The position numbers and the translations under genes were made by a program. From the NCBI GenBank assembly GCA_963712745.1, contig CAVQJC010000001.1, positions 32,001 to 96,000 on the forward strand: 64,000 nucleotides of DNA. The letters are read 5' to 3'. This stretch comes from an uncultured Chloroflexia bacterium (GTDB lineage Bacteria; Chloroflexota; Limnocylindria; Limnocylindrales; CSP1-4). Below are positions 22,847 to 33,487 of this stretch, one piece after another (position 1 is the first letter of the stretch; every line of letters begins with the position of its first letter). The notes beneath the pieces were generated by a model. The model had not been told where the DNA came from. It worked only from the letters and a program-made list of their open reading frames with translations, and made no database searches.

Positions 22847-23973
22847 GGCAAGTCGTCGGGCTCGAGTCGGTGGTCGGGCGCCCACGCCGCGCGCTCGAGG
22901 GCGAGCTCCACGATGCGCTCGCAGGTCGTGGCGAAGTCGTAGCCACCCTGGGCCGTCATGCGCGGAAACAGGCTGATGGGCGTGAAGCCCGGCAGCGTGT
23001 TGATCTCGCTGATGTAGGGGATGCCGTCGCTCGAGAGAAGCATATCCACGCGCGCGAAACCACTGCCGCCGATGACCAGGAAGACCTCCACCGCGGAAGC
23101 CCGGATGGACTCAGCCAGCTCGGCGTCGAGGTCCGCCCGGTCGGTGACCTCGCTGTCGGAGGACTGGTACTTGGCCACGTAGTCGTAGAACTCGCGCCCG
23201 GGCCTGATCTCACCGGGGCCATAGGCCACCGCGTCGAGGCGGCTGTTACCCATGACCGCGGTCTCCAGCTCGCGGGGGTGATCGAGATACGGCTCCACGA
23301 TCACCAGGTCGTCATAGCGCATGGCCTCGGCCAAGGCGCTCCGCAGCGAGCCGCCGGGCGACACGTCGTGCACGATGCTGATGCCGATACTCGAGCCCAG
23401 GCGGGCCGGCTTGACGATGAGCCGTGGGTCGGCGAAGCCCGAGGCGAACTCGCGCAACCCGTCCTCCACCGCGCCAGGATCGGCCTCATGCTCCGCCGCT
23501 CGCACCTCCGCCCACGGCAGCACCGGCAGTTCGAGCGTCGCCACCACACGCTTGAAGAGCGTCTTGTCCATGCCCACGGCCGAGGCCGCGGGGCCCGCGC
23601 CGCAGTAGACCAGTCCGGCCGACTCGAGCAGCGACTGCACCTGGCCGTCCTCACCGAAGGGGCCATGCAGCGCGGGGAACACGACCGGTCGTGGATCGGG
23701 CGCCGCGATGGCCTCGAGCGCCCCGGCTGCGCTGAAGGGTCCCTCGGCGCCCAGCGCGCCCGGGTCGCGGAAGGCCTGCAGCGGCAGCGCCGGATCGAGT
23801 GCCGGCTCCGGCAGCCGCCACCACTCGCCGGCCAGCGTGAGCAGCCAGCCGCTCACCTCGTGACCGCGCCCCGCCAGGGCCGTGGCGATGGCGCGGCCCG
23901 AGACGAGCGAGACGTCGTGCTCGGCCGAGGGGCCTCCCAGCAGGACGGCGATGGCGGTGGGAGCCAGGGTCAT
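22843..23973 (-). CDS. ddl: D-alanine-D-alanine ligase
   Basis: Motifs GGPSAEHDVS, LHGPFGEDG, GSSIG, FYDYVAKY and EINTLPGFT. Confidence 0.95.
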   Translation of the reverse strand: MTLAPTAIAVLLGGPSAEHDVSLVSGRAIATALAGRGHEVSGWLLTLAGEWWRLPEPALDPALPLQAFRDPGALGAEGPFSAAGALEAIAAPDPRPVVFPALHGPFGEDGQVQSLLESAGLVYCGAGPAASAVGMDKTLFKRVVATLELPVLPWAEVRAAEHEADPGAVEDGLREFASGFADPRLIVKPARLGSSIGISIVHDVSPGGSLRSALAEAMRYDDLVIVEPYLDHPRELETAVMGNSRLDAVAYGPGEIRPGREFYDYVAKYQSSDSEVTDRADLDAELAESIRASAVEVFLVIGGSGFARVDMLLSSDGIPYISEINTLPGFTPISLFPRMTAQGGYDFATTCERIVELALERAAWAPDHRLEPDDLP

Positions 23974-24004
23974 GTGGCGGTCCCGCTGCAGCGCTCGATG
24001 GTGG

Positions 24005-24964
24005 TCATGTCCCCTCCTCTGCGTCCCAGTCGCCCACGAACTCGACCTCGTAGGCCAGCTCGACGCCGCGCTCGCGGAGCACCGTCTCGCGCACGATCTC
24101 GGCCAGTCTGCGAACGTCGGCGGCCGTGGCGCCGCCGCTGTTGACGATGAAGTTGGCGTGCTTGGGGCTCACCACCGCGCCGCCGAGGCGCCGGTCCTTG
24201 AGGCCCAGCTCGTCGATGATGCGCCCGGCCGAGTCCCCCTCGGGGTTGCGGAACACGCTGCCGGCCGACTTCTGGCCGATGGGCTGGTGGTCCTGTCGCC
24301 AGCGCCGGATGTCGTCGAGCCGTTCGGCGATGGTAGCGGAGTCGGCGGGCTCGAGCGCGAAGGTAGCCTGCAGCACGACGTCGGGCCGGCCGGGTGCGCT
24401 GTGCTTGAGGCGGCTCTCGCGATAGGCCATGCCCAGATCGTCCGGCCCCAGCGCCCGCTCCGCGCCCTCAGCGTCCACCACGACAGCCTCGAGCAGCACT
24501 CCCTGCACGTCGGACCCGTGAGCGCCGGCGTTGGCCCACACGGCGCCGCCGACGGTCCCCGGGATGGCCAGCCCGAACTCGAGCCCGGATAGTCCGGCCG
24601 ACTTGCTGGCGGTGGCCGCCTTGGCCATGGGCAGGCCGGCCTCGGCCACCAGGCGTTCGCCCTCCAGACGATGCCCGGCTGCGCGCACGAGCACGACCAG
24701 GCCGCCGATGCCGCGGTCGCTGATGACGAGGTCGGAGCCACGGCCGATGAGGAAGAGCGGGATGTCCCGCGCACGGGCGAAACGCACCAGCCCGCGCAGC
24801 TCGAACAGGTTGCGCACTTCCGCGAAGAGGTCGGCCGGGCCGCCCACGCGCATGGTCGAGAAACGTTCGAGTGGCTCGTCACGCGTGGTTTTGATTCCCA
24901 GCCGGCGCTGGATATCGCCACCCAGCCGGGTCTGCTGGTCCGGGGTCAGGCGTGACGCGCTCAC
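24005..24964 (-). CDS. murB: UDP-N-acetylenolpyruvoylglucosamine reductase
   Basis: Motifs MRVGGPAD, IPGTVGGAVWANAGA, SAGSVFRNP and KHANFIVN. Confidence 0.95.
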   Translation of the reverse strand: MSASRLTPDQQTRLGGDIQRRLGIKTTRDEPLERFSTMRVGGPADLFAEVRNLFELRGLVRFARARDIPLFLIGRGSDLVISDRGIGGLVVLVRAAGHRLEGERLVAEAGLPMAKAATASKSAGLSGLEFGLAIPGTVGGAVWANAGAHGSDVQGVLLEAVVVDAEGAERALGPDDLGMAYRESRLKHSAPGRPDVVLQATFALEPADSATIAERLDDIRRWRQDHQPIGQKSAGSVFRNPEGDSAGRIIDELGLKDRRLGGAVVSPKHANFIVNSGGATAADVRRLAEIVRETVLRERGVELAYEVEFVGDWDAEEGT

Positions 24965-26103
24965 GATGCCGGCCGGATGAGCTCGTCCAGCTCCTCCTGC
25001 GCGGGCAGCGGCTCCCGCCGGGCCAGGCGCACGAGCAGTTCCGCGCTGGCGGCCGCGGCCCCGGGGCGGCCGACCGAGCGGGCGGCCGCCGACATGGCTG
25101 CCAGCCGTCCCTCGTCGTAGAGCAGGTCGCAGGCAGCACGCAGCGTGTCGCCGTCGAGCTCCTCGTCGTCGACCAGGGCGGCCGCACCGACGCCCACCAT
25201 CTCGGCCGCGTTGGCCCGCTGGTGGGCGGCCGCATGCGGGTAGGGCACGACCATCATGGGCACGCCGGCCGCGGCCGTCTCGCCCAGGGTCGAGGAGCCG
25301 GCACGACCGACCACCAGCTGCGACGCGGCCAGGGCAGCATCCATGTCGTCGGCCAGGAACGAGTAGGGCCGGTAGCGCTCGAGGCGCTCCCGGGGCAGCT
25401 CCGAGCGGATCTGCCCGGCGGCCGCGATCCCGCCGCTGCCGGTGATATGCACGACCGTACAGCGCTCGACGAGATCGGCGATGGCCTCGGCCACCGCCTC
25501 GTTGAGCCGCTTGACTTCCTGGGAGCCGCCGAAGACGAGCATGACCGGTACATCGAGCGGCAGTCCCAGCCGAGCCCGGCCTGCGGCACGATCGAGGCCG
25601 CCAAGCCCACGGATGGGCGTGCCCGTGACGAAGACCGGGGCCGGCAGCCGCTTGCTCGTGACCGGGAAGGTCACGCTACGGGCAGTGGCCAGGCGTGCCG
25701 AGAGGCGCACGCTACGCCCGGGGATGGCGTTGCCCTCCCAGATGAGTGAGGGGATGCGCAGGAGCGCCGCTGCCGCCAGCACCGGGATGGCCACATAGCC
25801 GCCGGTGGTGTAGATGACGGCCGGACGCCAGCGCCTGAGCCGGGCGAGGGCCTGGGGCACGGAGGCGGCCAGCCGCAGTGGGTCGAGGATGGTGTCGAGG
25901 GAGGCGTCCACCGTGCGCAGGGAGCGCAGTCGGAGACGATCGAACTCGAGTCCCGCGGCGGGCACGATGTCGCCCTCCAGGCCTCGGCGGCCGCCGAGCC
26001 AGCGCAGCTCCAGCTCAGGCAGGCGGTTCTGCAGCTGGGTCACGACGGCCAGGGCGGGGTAGATGTGGCCGCCCGTGCCCCCGGCTGCGATGAGGATCCT
26101 CAT
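24961..26103 (-). CDS. murG: Undecaprenyl-PP-MurNAc-pentapeptide GlcNAc transferase
   Basis: Motifs GGTGGHIYP, TGGYVA, FGGSQ, GRAGSST and HQRANA. Confidence 0.95.
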   Translation of the reverse strand: MRILIAAGGTGGHIYPALAVVTQLQNRLPELELRWLGGRRGLEGDIVPAAGLEFDRLRLRSLRTVDASLDTILDPLRLAASVPQALARLRRWRPAVIYTTGGYVAIPVLAAAALLRIPSLIWEGNAIPGRSVRLSARLATARSVTFPVTSKRLPAPVFVTGTPIRGLGGLDRAAGRARLGLPLDVPVMLVFGGSQEVKRLNEAVAEAIADLVERCTVVHITGSGGIAAAGQIRSELPRERLERYRPYSFLADDMDAALAASQLVVGRAGSSTLGETAAAGVPMMVVPYPHAAAHQRANAAEMVGVGAAALVDDEELDGDTLRAACDLLYDEGRLAAMSAAARSVGRPGAAAASAELLVRLARREPLPAQEELDELIRPAS

Positions 26104-27514
26104 GCGCGCTGGCACCTCGGGTTTCGGTCTCTCGGGAGATGGACAGAAGGATACCTACGGCGGCCAGAACGACCACCAGCGAGGTGCCGCCATCGCTGAG
26201 GAACGGCAGGGGCATGCCGGTCAGCGGCAGGAGGTTGACGACCACGCCGATGTTGATGAAGGCCTGGAACGTGAGCCAGCCGGTGATGCCGAGTGCGAGC
26301 AGCCCGCCGAAGGTGTCGGGCGCGTGCATGGCCACGCGGATGCCCCGCCAGGCCAGCAGCAGGAAGAGCGCGATGACGGTGAAACCGCCGATGAAGCCGA
26401 ACTCCTGTCCGACCACGGCGAAGATGAAGTCGTTCTCCGCCGCGGGCAGTCTCAGCCCGTTGGGTTGCTGGCTGACGCCGAGGCCCTGACCGGTGACGCC
26501 GCCCAGAGCCAGCGCGTACAGCCCGTGGACCGTCTGGAAGCCATCGCCGGCGGGATCGCTGAACGGGTCGAGGAAGGTCTCCACCCGAGCGAGCATGTAC
26601 GGCTTCGCCTGGACCACCGCGGCCACGCCGGCAAGCGCGACCGGCACCATCAGCAGCAGTTGCAGGACGCTGCCTCCGGCCACGAAGAACATGGTGAAGG
26701 TCGTGAGCACGACCACGCCGGTGGTACCCAGGTCGGGCTCCATCAGCATGAGTCCGGCGAACACCGCCACCATCAGGCTGAAGGGCACGAGCCCGCCCCG
26801 GAAGCTGCCTACGCTCTTGCCGCGCGAGGTCAGCCAATGGGCCATGAAGATGACGATGGCGAGCTTGGCCACCTCCGTCGGCTGGAACCTGGGCAGCCCG
26901 CCGATCTCGAGCCAGCGGGTGGCCCCGTTGACGGTGACGGGCTTGAGCAGCGGCGGGATGCTGGGCCCGATGACGAGCAGGAGCAGGACCACGGCCACGA
27001 CGATGCCCAGCACCGAGAACGAACGCCAGTAGCGGTAGTCGATGCGCATGACGACGAGCAGGACGATGCCGCCCAGGAGACCCCAGCCCAACTGCGTCGT
27101 GACCGCGTCGAAGACGCTGCCGTCGATGGCCGACTTCACGCCCAGGCTGGAGTAGACCATGAGGATGCCGATGGCCGCCAGCGCCACGGCGGCCGCCATG
27201 AGCAGGTAGTCGGGGTCGTGGCGCACGCGCTGGGGGCCCTCGACCACGCGCCCGGCGGTACGGTCGCGCGCCACCTCACGGGAGGCATGGCCGGCGGTGC
27301 GGACGCCACCGCGCGGGATCGACCGGGTCAGCGACTCGGCTGCGCTGGCGCGCAGGGTGATGGGACGTCGGCCGCGGTTGGCCTCGCGCCGTGAGAACGA
27401 CTCCGTCGCCTGCGATCGCAGGCTCGTCCTGCGGCCCTTGCGTGGCCGGAACGCGCTGGGCGCGACCTCGCGCCGACGGTCGTCGTCCTCCCAGGGAAAG
27501 CGGAGGGCTTCCAT
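26015..27514 (-). CDS. ftsW: SEDS peptidoglycan polymerase FtsW with a long basic N-terminal extension
   Basis: Motifs NGATRW, FQPTEVAK, EPDLGT and LPLTGMPLPFLSDGGTS. Confidence 0.93.
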   Translation of the reverse strand: MEALRFPWEDDDRRREVAPSAFRPRKGRRTSLRSQATESFSRREANRGRRPITLRASAAESLTRSIPRGGVRTAGHASREVARDRTAGRVVEGPQRVRHDPDYLLMAAAVALAAIGILMVYSSLGVKSAIDGSVFDAVTTQLGWGLLGGIVLLVVMRIDYRYWRSFSVLGIVVAVVLLLLVIGPSIPPLLKPVTVNGATRWLEIGGLPRFQPTEVAKLAIVIFMAHWLTSRGKSVGSFRGGLVPFSLMVAVFAGLMLMEPDLGTTGVVVLTTFTMFFVAGGSVLQLLLMVPVALAGVAAVVQAKPYMLARVETFLDPFSDPAGDGFQTVHGLYALALGGVTGQGLGVSQQPNGLRLPAAENDFIFAVVGQEFGFIGGFTVIALFLLLAWRGIRVAMHAPDTFGGLLALGITGWLTFQAFINIGVVVNLLPLTGMPLPFLSDGGTSLVVVLAAVGILLSISRETETRGASAHEDPHRSRGHGRPHLPRPGRRDPAAEPPA

Positions 27515-28983
27515 CAGCGGTCCACCTTCGGGCCGGCGATGGCGGCCACGGCGGCCTTGAAGGCGGCGCCGCGCGCCTCATAGTCGCGGAACATGTCGAA
27601 GGAGGCAGCCGCAGGGCTAAGCAGGACCGTGGCCGGCGTGCGCTCGCGGGCGATGACGGTGGCGGCTGCGACCGCGTCTTCCAGGCTGGCCGCTCGCTCG
27701 ATGCGATGGAGCCCGGCCCGGGCGAAGGCATCGGCCAGCTCATCGGCCGTCTCGCCCATGAGCACGGCCGCACTCACGCGCTCGGCCACGGCCTCCGCCA
27801 GCGCGACGACCGGCACACCCTTGGAGCGCCCGCCGGCGATGAGCACGAGCGGCTGCTCGAAGGCCCGCACGGCCGCGATGACGGCGTCTGGCTGCGTGCC
27901 CTGTGAGTCATTGATGTAGGTCACGCCGGCGAACTCGGCCACCCGCTCCAACCGGTGCTCTACGCCCGCGAATCCCCGCACGGCATCGGCGATGGCCCGC
28001 GGGGACACGCCGTGCAGCAGCCCCACCGCGGTCGCGGCCAGGACGTTGGAGACGTTGTGCCCGCCCGGCAGCGGGATCTCGGCGAGCGGCAGGATGCGCG
28101 GGTCTCGCCCGGCCGGGACGAGATCGGTGGCAGCCACGATCCAGCCGTCAGCGACCCCCACGCTGGAGGGCACCGGTGGGCTCTGCGCGTAGCTGACCGT
28201 GCCAGCGCCGGCCGGAGGTCGATACGTGGAGACTACCGGGTCGTCGTCATTGCGCACGAGCGTGCCGCGCGCCGGCAGCAGGTCGGCCAGGCGCCGCTTG
28301 ACCGCCTGGTACGCCTCGAGACTGCCGTGGCGGTCGAGATGGTCGGAAGTGACGTGGGTGTAGACCGCGATGTCCGTGCCTCGGGAAAGGGTGGGCAGTT
28401 GCAGCTCGGAGAGCTCGAGCACGACGCGATGGGCGGGCGTGAGCTCTGGCAGCCGCTCGATGAGCGGGACGCCGATGTTGCCCCCCAGGACGGTCGGCGC
28501 CTCGCCTGTGGCCAGCACCGCCGCGGTCAACGAACTGGTGGTGGTCTTGCCCTTGGTGCCGGTGACGCCGATGGTTGCCGCCGGACTCAGGCGCAGGAAG
28601 AGGTCGACCTCGCTGAGGACAGGCGTGGCGCCGGTGGCCTCCACCTCCGCCAGTGCCGCCCGCAGCCGCGGCTCCGTCGTGGGGTAGCGGCTGCTGACCG
28701 AGGGGGAGGTGCAGACCAGGGCCTGGCCTTCGAGAGCCGCTCGCGGATCCACCTGAGGTCCCAGCAGCAGGCGTGGCCGGCGCTCGCCCAGGGCCTCGAT
28801 GGCGGCGGCCAGCTCCTCGGCCGGTCGGCCGTCGTAGACGGTCACATGGGCACCATGGTCGGACAGGAATCGCGTGAGCGCGATGCCGCTGCGGGCCAGG
28901 CCCAGCACGGCCACCGGCCGGCCACGGAAGGAGCCAAGGCGGAGGGCCCCCAGGTCGATGGCAGACGCCGGCGGGTTCGCCAT
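27514..28983 (-). CDS. murD: UDP-MurNAc-L-Ala-D-glutamate ligase
   Basis: Motifs VLGLARSG, TGTKGKTTT, GGNIG, GVEHRLE and LSPAAASFDMF. It has its own ATG at 28983. Confidence 0.93.
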   Translation of the reverse strand: MANPPASAIDLGALRLGSFRGRPVAVLGLARSGIALTRFLSDHGAHVTVYDGRPAEELAAAIEALGERRPRLLLGPQVDPRAALEGQALVCTSPSVSSRYPTTEPRLRAALAEVEATGATPVLSEVDLFLRLSPAATIGVTGTKGKTTTSSLTAAVLATGEAPTVLGGNIGVPLIERLPELTPAHRVVLELSELQLPTLSRGTDIAVYTHVTSDHLDRHGSLEAYQAVKRRLADLLPARGTLVRNDDDPVVSTYRPPAGAGTVSYAQSPPVPSSVGVADGWIVAATDLVPAGRDPRILPLAEIPLPGGHNVSNVLAATAVGLLHGVSPRAIADAVRGFAGVEHRLERVAEFAGVTYINDSQGTQPDAVIAAVRAFEQPLVLIAGGRSKGVPVVALAEAVAERVSAAVLMGETADELADAFARAGLHRIERAASLEDAVAAATVIARERTPATVLLSPAAASFDMFRDYEARGAAFKAAVAAIAGPKVDR

Positions 28984-28988
28984 GAGGG

Positions 28989-29979
28989 TCAATTGAGCAG
29001 TCCGGCGGTGGCCATGTAGAAGGCCACACCGACCAGCGCCGCCAGCGCGCCAACGATCCAGAAGCGAAGGGTCGATCTTCTCCTCATCCCAGCCGGTCAG
29101 CTCGAAGTGGTGATGCAGGGGCGACATCTTGAAGAGCCGCTTGCCCCGCAGCTTGACCGAGGCCACCTGCAGGATGACCGAGCCGGTCTCGAGCACGAAG
29201 ACGATGCCGATGAGCGGCAGCAGCAGGACCTGGCCGGTGATGACGGCGGTGACCGCCAGCGTGGCCCCGAGGGCCAGCGAGCCGGAGTCGCCCATGAAGA
29301 TCTGGGCGGGATGGACGTTGAACCAGAGGAACGCGAGGAGGGCCCCCACGATGAGGGCGCACAGGACTGCCAGGTTGATGGTGCCGAAGGTGAAGGCGAT
29401 GACCATGTAGCCGATGAAGGCGAAGATCAGCGTGCCTCCGGCCAGGCCGTCGAGGCCGTCGGTGATGTTGACCGCGTTGCTGGTGGCCACGATGGCGAAG
29501 GCGGCGATGAGGATGAAGGCGATGGGGTGGATGCCGACGGCGCCGATGAAGGGCACGGCCAGCTGGTCGATCTGGTAGGTGTCCTGGATCTGCCACGCGG
29601 CCACGCCCGCCACGACCGTCTGCCACAGCAGCTTCTGGACGGCGCTGATGCCATCGCCGGTGCGGGCGTTGAGCCAGTCGTCGGCGGTGCCCAGGATGCC
29701 CACCAAGGCCAGCGTGGCCATGGGTGCGAAGGTGTTGGCGTCCACGAACCCTTCGCCCAGCAGCTCCATCAGCAGGGCCACGCCGAGCACCACGCTCACG
29801 ATGAGCAATCCACCCATGGTGGGTGTGCCTTCCTTGACGTAGTGCGTCTCCGGCCCCTCCAGCCGGATGCGCTTGCCCATGCCGATGCGCTTGAGCAAGC
29901 GGATGAAGGCCGGCATCAGCACGACCAGCACGGCGAACGCCAGCAGGATGGCCTGGACGATGGTGTCGCCGCCACTCAT
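28989..29979 (-). CDS. mraY: Phospho-MurNAc-pentapeptide transferase, with a +1 frameshift near 29073
   Basis: Motifs KEGTPTMGG, NAVNITDGLDGL and PLHHHFE. Removing one base restores WDEEKITLRFW...GLLN-stop at 28989. Confidence 0.92.
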
Positions 29980-31421
29980 GAGCGGGCGTCGCCGGCTTCG
30001 GCCACGAGTACGAGGCGGTCGACGAGTAGGTCGAGCTCGGCTCCGCGAGAGGCCTTGACCAGCACCGCGTCGCCGTCGCGCAGCTCGGCCAGCAGGGCCG
30101 ACAACGCCTCGTCGCGGTCGGCCGCGACGCGGATGTGCGACGCATCCATGCCGCGCGCCGCGGCGCCGTCTGCGATGCCGCGCGCTCCTTCACCCACCAC
30201 CACCAGCCGGTCGGCCACCTCCGCCGCGTGCTCTCCGACTCGAACGTGCTCGGCCGCGGCGCTCCCGCCCAGCTCGAGCATCTCGCCGAGCACGGCGATA
30301 CGCCGCCCCGGCAGCTCTGCGAGGAGGCCCAGAGCTGCCAGGACAGCGTCGGGAGATGCGTTGTAGGAATCATCGAGGATAGTCCAGGCACCGGCCCGAA
30401 CCAGCTGCGAGCGGTGAGGCATCACGAGAGGCTTGGCCAGGCCGGGCACGACCTTGTCGATGTCCATGCCCGCACAGTGGGCCACGGCGGCCGCTGCCAG
30501 CGCGTTGTGGACGCCGTGTCGGCCCAGCACAGGCGTGCGGACGGCTCGGGTCCCGGCCGGAGTGTGGAGCGTGAAGCGCATGCCCGCGGTCCCCAGCGAA
30601 ACGACCTCGGAGGCGCGCACGTCGGCATCGGCGTCGAACCCGTAGCTCAGGACGCCGGCCCGGGTATGGCTGGCCATGGCTGCCACTCGTGGGTCGTCGG
30701 CGTTAAGGATGGCCCAGCCGTGGGCCGGGAGCGCTTCCACAAGCTCGCGCTTGCCGGCTTCGATGGCCTCGATGGAGCCGGCACGAGATAGATGCACGCC
30801 ACGCACGGCCGTGACCACGCCGATCTGCGGCCGCGCCAGTCGCGCCAGGAGGGCGATCTCGCCGGTGGTGTAGAGGCCCATCTCCAGGACCGCCAGCTCA
30901 TGCTCGGGCCGCAGCCGGAGTAGGGTCATGGGCAGCCCGATCTCATTGTTCCAGTTGGCCGGATTCCGCAGGACCGTGAAGGCCTCCTCGAGCACCTCGG
31001 CCACCTGCTCCTTGGTCGACGTCTTGGCCAGCGAGCCGGTGATGCCCACCACGAGCGGGTCGAAACGGTCGCGGTAGCTCCCGGCCACGCTCCGCAGCGC
31101 GACGGCAGCGTCGGCCACACGCACGACCGTGACCGGGCCCGCGGCCGTCAGCGACTCCAGGCGCCCTTGCGCAAGATCCCGGGTCACGACCAGGCCGCGC
31201 GCGCCCGCTTCCACCGCCGCTTCGAGGTGGCGGTGCCCGTCCGTGCGCTCGCCCGGCAGAGCGAAGAAGATGTTGCCCTCGACCACCAGGCGCGAGTCCA
31301 CCGCGCCACCGTGCATGGGCCTGCTCCCCGCGCGGACCAGATCGCCCTTCGCGGCGGCGGCCAGTCCCGGGGCATCGAATCTCGTCGCGGCGTCGGTCAT
31401 CGACGCCGCGTTCGCTGGCAT
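29976..31421 (-). CDS. murF: UDP-MurNAc-tripeptide-D-Ala-D-Ala ligase
   Basis: Motifs DSR, GERTDGH, GITGSLAKTSTKE, NNEIGLP, DDSYNASP, GEMLELG and KASRG. Confidence 0.93.
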   Translation of the reverse strand: MPANAASMTDAATRFDAPGLAAAAKGDLVRAGSRPMHGGAVDSRLVVEGNIFFALPGERTDGHRHLEAAVEAGARGLVVTRDLAQGRLESLTAAGPVTVVRVADAAVALRSVAGSYRDRFDPLVVGITGSLAKTSTKEQVAEVLEEAFTVLRNPANWNNEIGLPMTLLRLRPEHELAVLEMGLYTTGEIALLARLARPQIGVVTAVRGVHLSRAGSIEAIEAGKRELVEALPAHGWAILNADDPRVAAMASHTRAGVLSYGFDADADVRASEVVSLGTAGMRFTLHTPAGTRAVRTPVLGRHGVHNALAAAAVAHCAGMDIDKVVPGLAKPLVMPHRSQLVRAGAWTILDDSYNASPDAVLAALGLLAELPGRRIAVLGEMLELGGSAAAEHVRVGEHAAEVADRLVVVGEGARGIADGAAARGMDASHIRVAADRDEALSALLAELRDGDAVLVKASRGAELDLLVDRLVLVAEAGDARS

Positions 31422-31462
31422 GTGCTTCGGCCCTTCACCCACGGAGGCCCATCCTGACACAG

Positions 31463-33481
31463 CTAGGTGCCCAGCCCACGGGTGGCCCGGTCGGGCTTGC
31501 CCCGCTTCTGGGCGGACGTGCCGGCGTCCCGGCCTCGCTCGGCCTTTCTCTCGGACTTGACCTTGTCGCCTTGAGCCTTCCTGCCATTCTCGGCCGACTG
31601 CTTCCTGTCCTCGGTCGACTGGCCCTTGGCCCTGGACTTCGCCTTGGCCTTCTGGAGAGCGGCCTTGTAGCTGCTTCCGCCCAAGGCCCTGGCCGCGTCG
31701 GTGCCGGGGAGCGGCCGGCCTGCGAGGGGATCCTTCGACTTCTTCATGTCGAGGTGCTTGATGGAGGCACGGGCAATCATCTGGAACAGCTCGTATGACT
31801 CGATACGAAGCGGGATGACGCCCTGCTCGATCATGTCCGGGACGGGCTCTTCGAGACGCACTGCGATGACGATCTCCTGCTGCCTCCCGCCTGCGAAACC
31901 GATGAAGCTGTGGTTGAAGCGCTTCTCCTTCCACCTGGCCTTGTCCACGTCCCAGATCTGGGCCGTGCCGGTCTTGCCGCCGATGGTGTAGCCGGGGATG
32001 AGCGAGCCCTTCGCATACCACGGCACCGAGCCCGTCACATGGACCAGGATGTCTTTGGCCTGGCGGGCGACCTTGGCCTTGACCACGCGCTCCTTCGGCG
32101 CACGTGCCGCGTCGCCGTCGGCCGCGATATGCGGCTGCACGACGAAACCACCGTTGACCAGGGTCGAGATGCCTCGCGCAAGCTGCAGGAGCGTGACCGA
32201 GACACCCTGCCCGAAGGCACGGTTGGCCAGGTCGACCGGCGCCCACAGCTTCTGCTCGGGATCGAACCAGCGGCCCTGCGTCTCGTTGGCGATGTCGACC
32301 TCGGTGCGCGCGGCCATGCCCACCTTCTTCCAGAAGCCGTACAGCCTGTCGGCGGCTCGCTGGACCGACTTCGGCGCCAACTTCATGGCGATCTTGGCCG
32401 TGGCCACGTTGCGCGAGCGCGCGATGACGTCCTTGACCTTCAGCGGCCCAAGGGAGCCGTGGTCGGCGTTCTGAACCTGGTACTTGTAGAACTCGAGCTT
32501 GCGCTGGTCGCTGATCACGGTATTGGGCGTGACCAGGCCCAGATCGAGTGCCGCGGTGGCGGTGAAGATCTTCATCACCGAGCCCGGCTCGTACTGGTCG
32601 CTGATGACGCGATTGCGCAGTCGGCCGATGTCGTCGGCGGCGATCCTGGCGTACTCGTTGCCGTCGTAGGCAGGGACCGAGGCGATGGCCAGGATGGCGC
32701 CGGTATGAGGGTCCATGACGATGGCGCTGGCGCTCTTGGCACGATTGACCAGGTAGGCGGTGTTGAGCTCCTTCTCGACCTGGCGCTGGAGCCCGGCATC
32801 AAGGGTCAGCCGCAGTGGTTCTGGGTCCAGGCCTTCCAGTCCGTCCGGCAGTCCTTCGATGGTGGCCAGGTCGAGGCCCTCGGTCTCGGGCGTCGTCAGT
32901 CGCTCGTCGTACTGGCGCTCCACGCCCTCGCCGCCGCGGCCGTCCGCTCGCACGAAGCCGAGCACATGGCTGGCCAGCGTGCTGTCGCTGGCTCCGCCCT
33001 TGCGCGGATAGACGCGCACATCCTTGGGGTCAAGGGTGATCCCCGGCAGATCGCCCTTATCCTGGGCCAGCGCGATGGCCGCGCTCTGCTTGTGTGTGAC
33101 GCGGGCCTCGAGGTTCGTCCACAACTTGCCGCTTTGGATCTTCTCGGCGTAGGCCTCGCGTTCGCTCGCGTCGAGGCGGAGGATCGGCTCGAGCGTGTCC
33201 AGGATGAGCTCTACGTCTTCGGGCTCGATGTCGCTGGGATGCGCGTCGAGGCTATCGAAGGACGCGGTCTGCGCCAGCACCACCCCGTCGCGGTCGAGGA
33301 TGTCCGCGCGGGCGGGCAGCGCTGCCCGGACCGGGGTCATCGACTGGATTGCGTTGGGCGCGAGTTCAGCGGCGGCGATGACCTGCCAGTAGCCAAGGCG
33401 TGCGCTGGCGGCCGTCCCCAGGACGGCGAAGACGAGCAGGATGGCCACCATGCGTCGGCGGCTGTCGGTGCGGCCGAGCAC
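31463..33481 (-). CDS. ftsI: Class B penicillin-binding protein FtsI with a Lys-rich C-terminal tail
   Basis: TM anchor; catalytic motifs SxxK (EPGSVMK), SxN (SRN) and KTG (GKTGT). Confidence 0.93.
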   Translation of the reverse strand: MLGRTDSRRRMVAILLVFAVLGTAASARLGYWQVIAAAELAPNAIQSMTPVRAALPARADILDRDGVVLAQTASFDSLDAHPSDIEPEDVELILDTLEPILRLDASEREAYAEKIQSGKLWTNLEARVTHKQSAAIALAQDKGDLPGITLDPKDVRVYPRKGGASDSTLASHVLGFVRADGRGGEGVERQYDERLTTPETEGLDLATIEGLPDGLEGLDPEPLRLTLDAGLQRQVEKELNTAYLVNRAKSASAIVMDPHTGAILAIASVPAYDGNEYARIAADDIGRLRNRVISDQYEPGSVMKIFTATAALDLGLVTPNTVISDQRKLEFYKYQVQNADHGSLGPLKVKDVIARSRNVATAKIAMKLAPKSVQRAADRLYGFWKKVGMAARTEVDIANETQGRWFDPEQKLWAPVDLANRAFGQGVSVTLLQLARGISTLVNGGFVVQPHIAADGDAARAPKERVVKAKVARQAKDILVHVTGSVPWYAKGSLIPGYTIGGKTGTAQIWDVDKARWKEKRFNHSFIGFAGGRQQEIVIAVRLEEPVPDMIEQGVIPLRIESYELFQMIARASIKHLDMKKSKDPLAGRPLPGTDAARALGGSSYKAALQKAKAKSRAKGQSTEDRKQSAENGRKAQGDKVKSERKAERGRDAGTSAQKRGKPDRATRGLGT

Positions 33482-33487
33482 GGCCGG

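Noticed and set aside
27514-29979. Apparent 821-aa MraY-MurD fusion
   Set aside because: One extra base near 29073 causes it. Removing it restores the conserved MraY end and stop, and murD has its own ATG.
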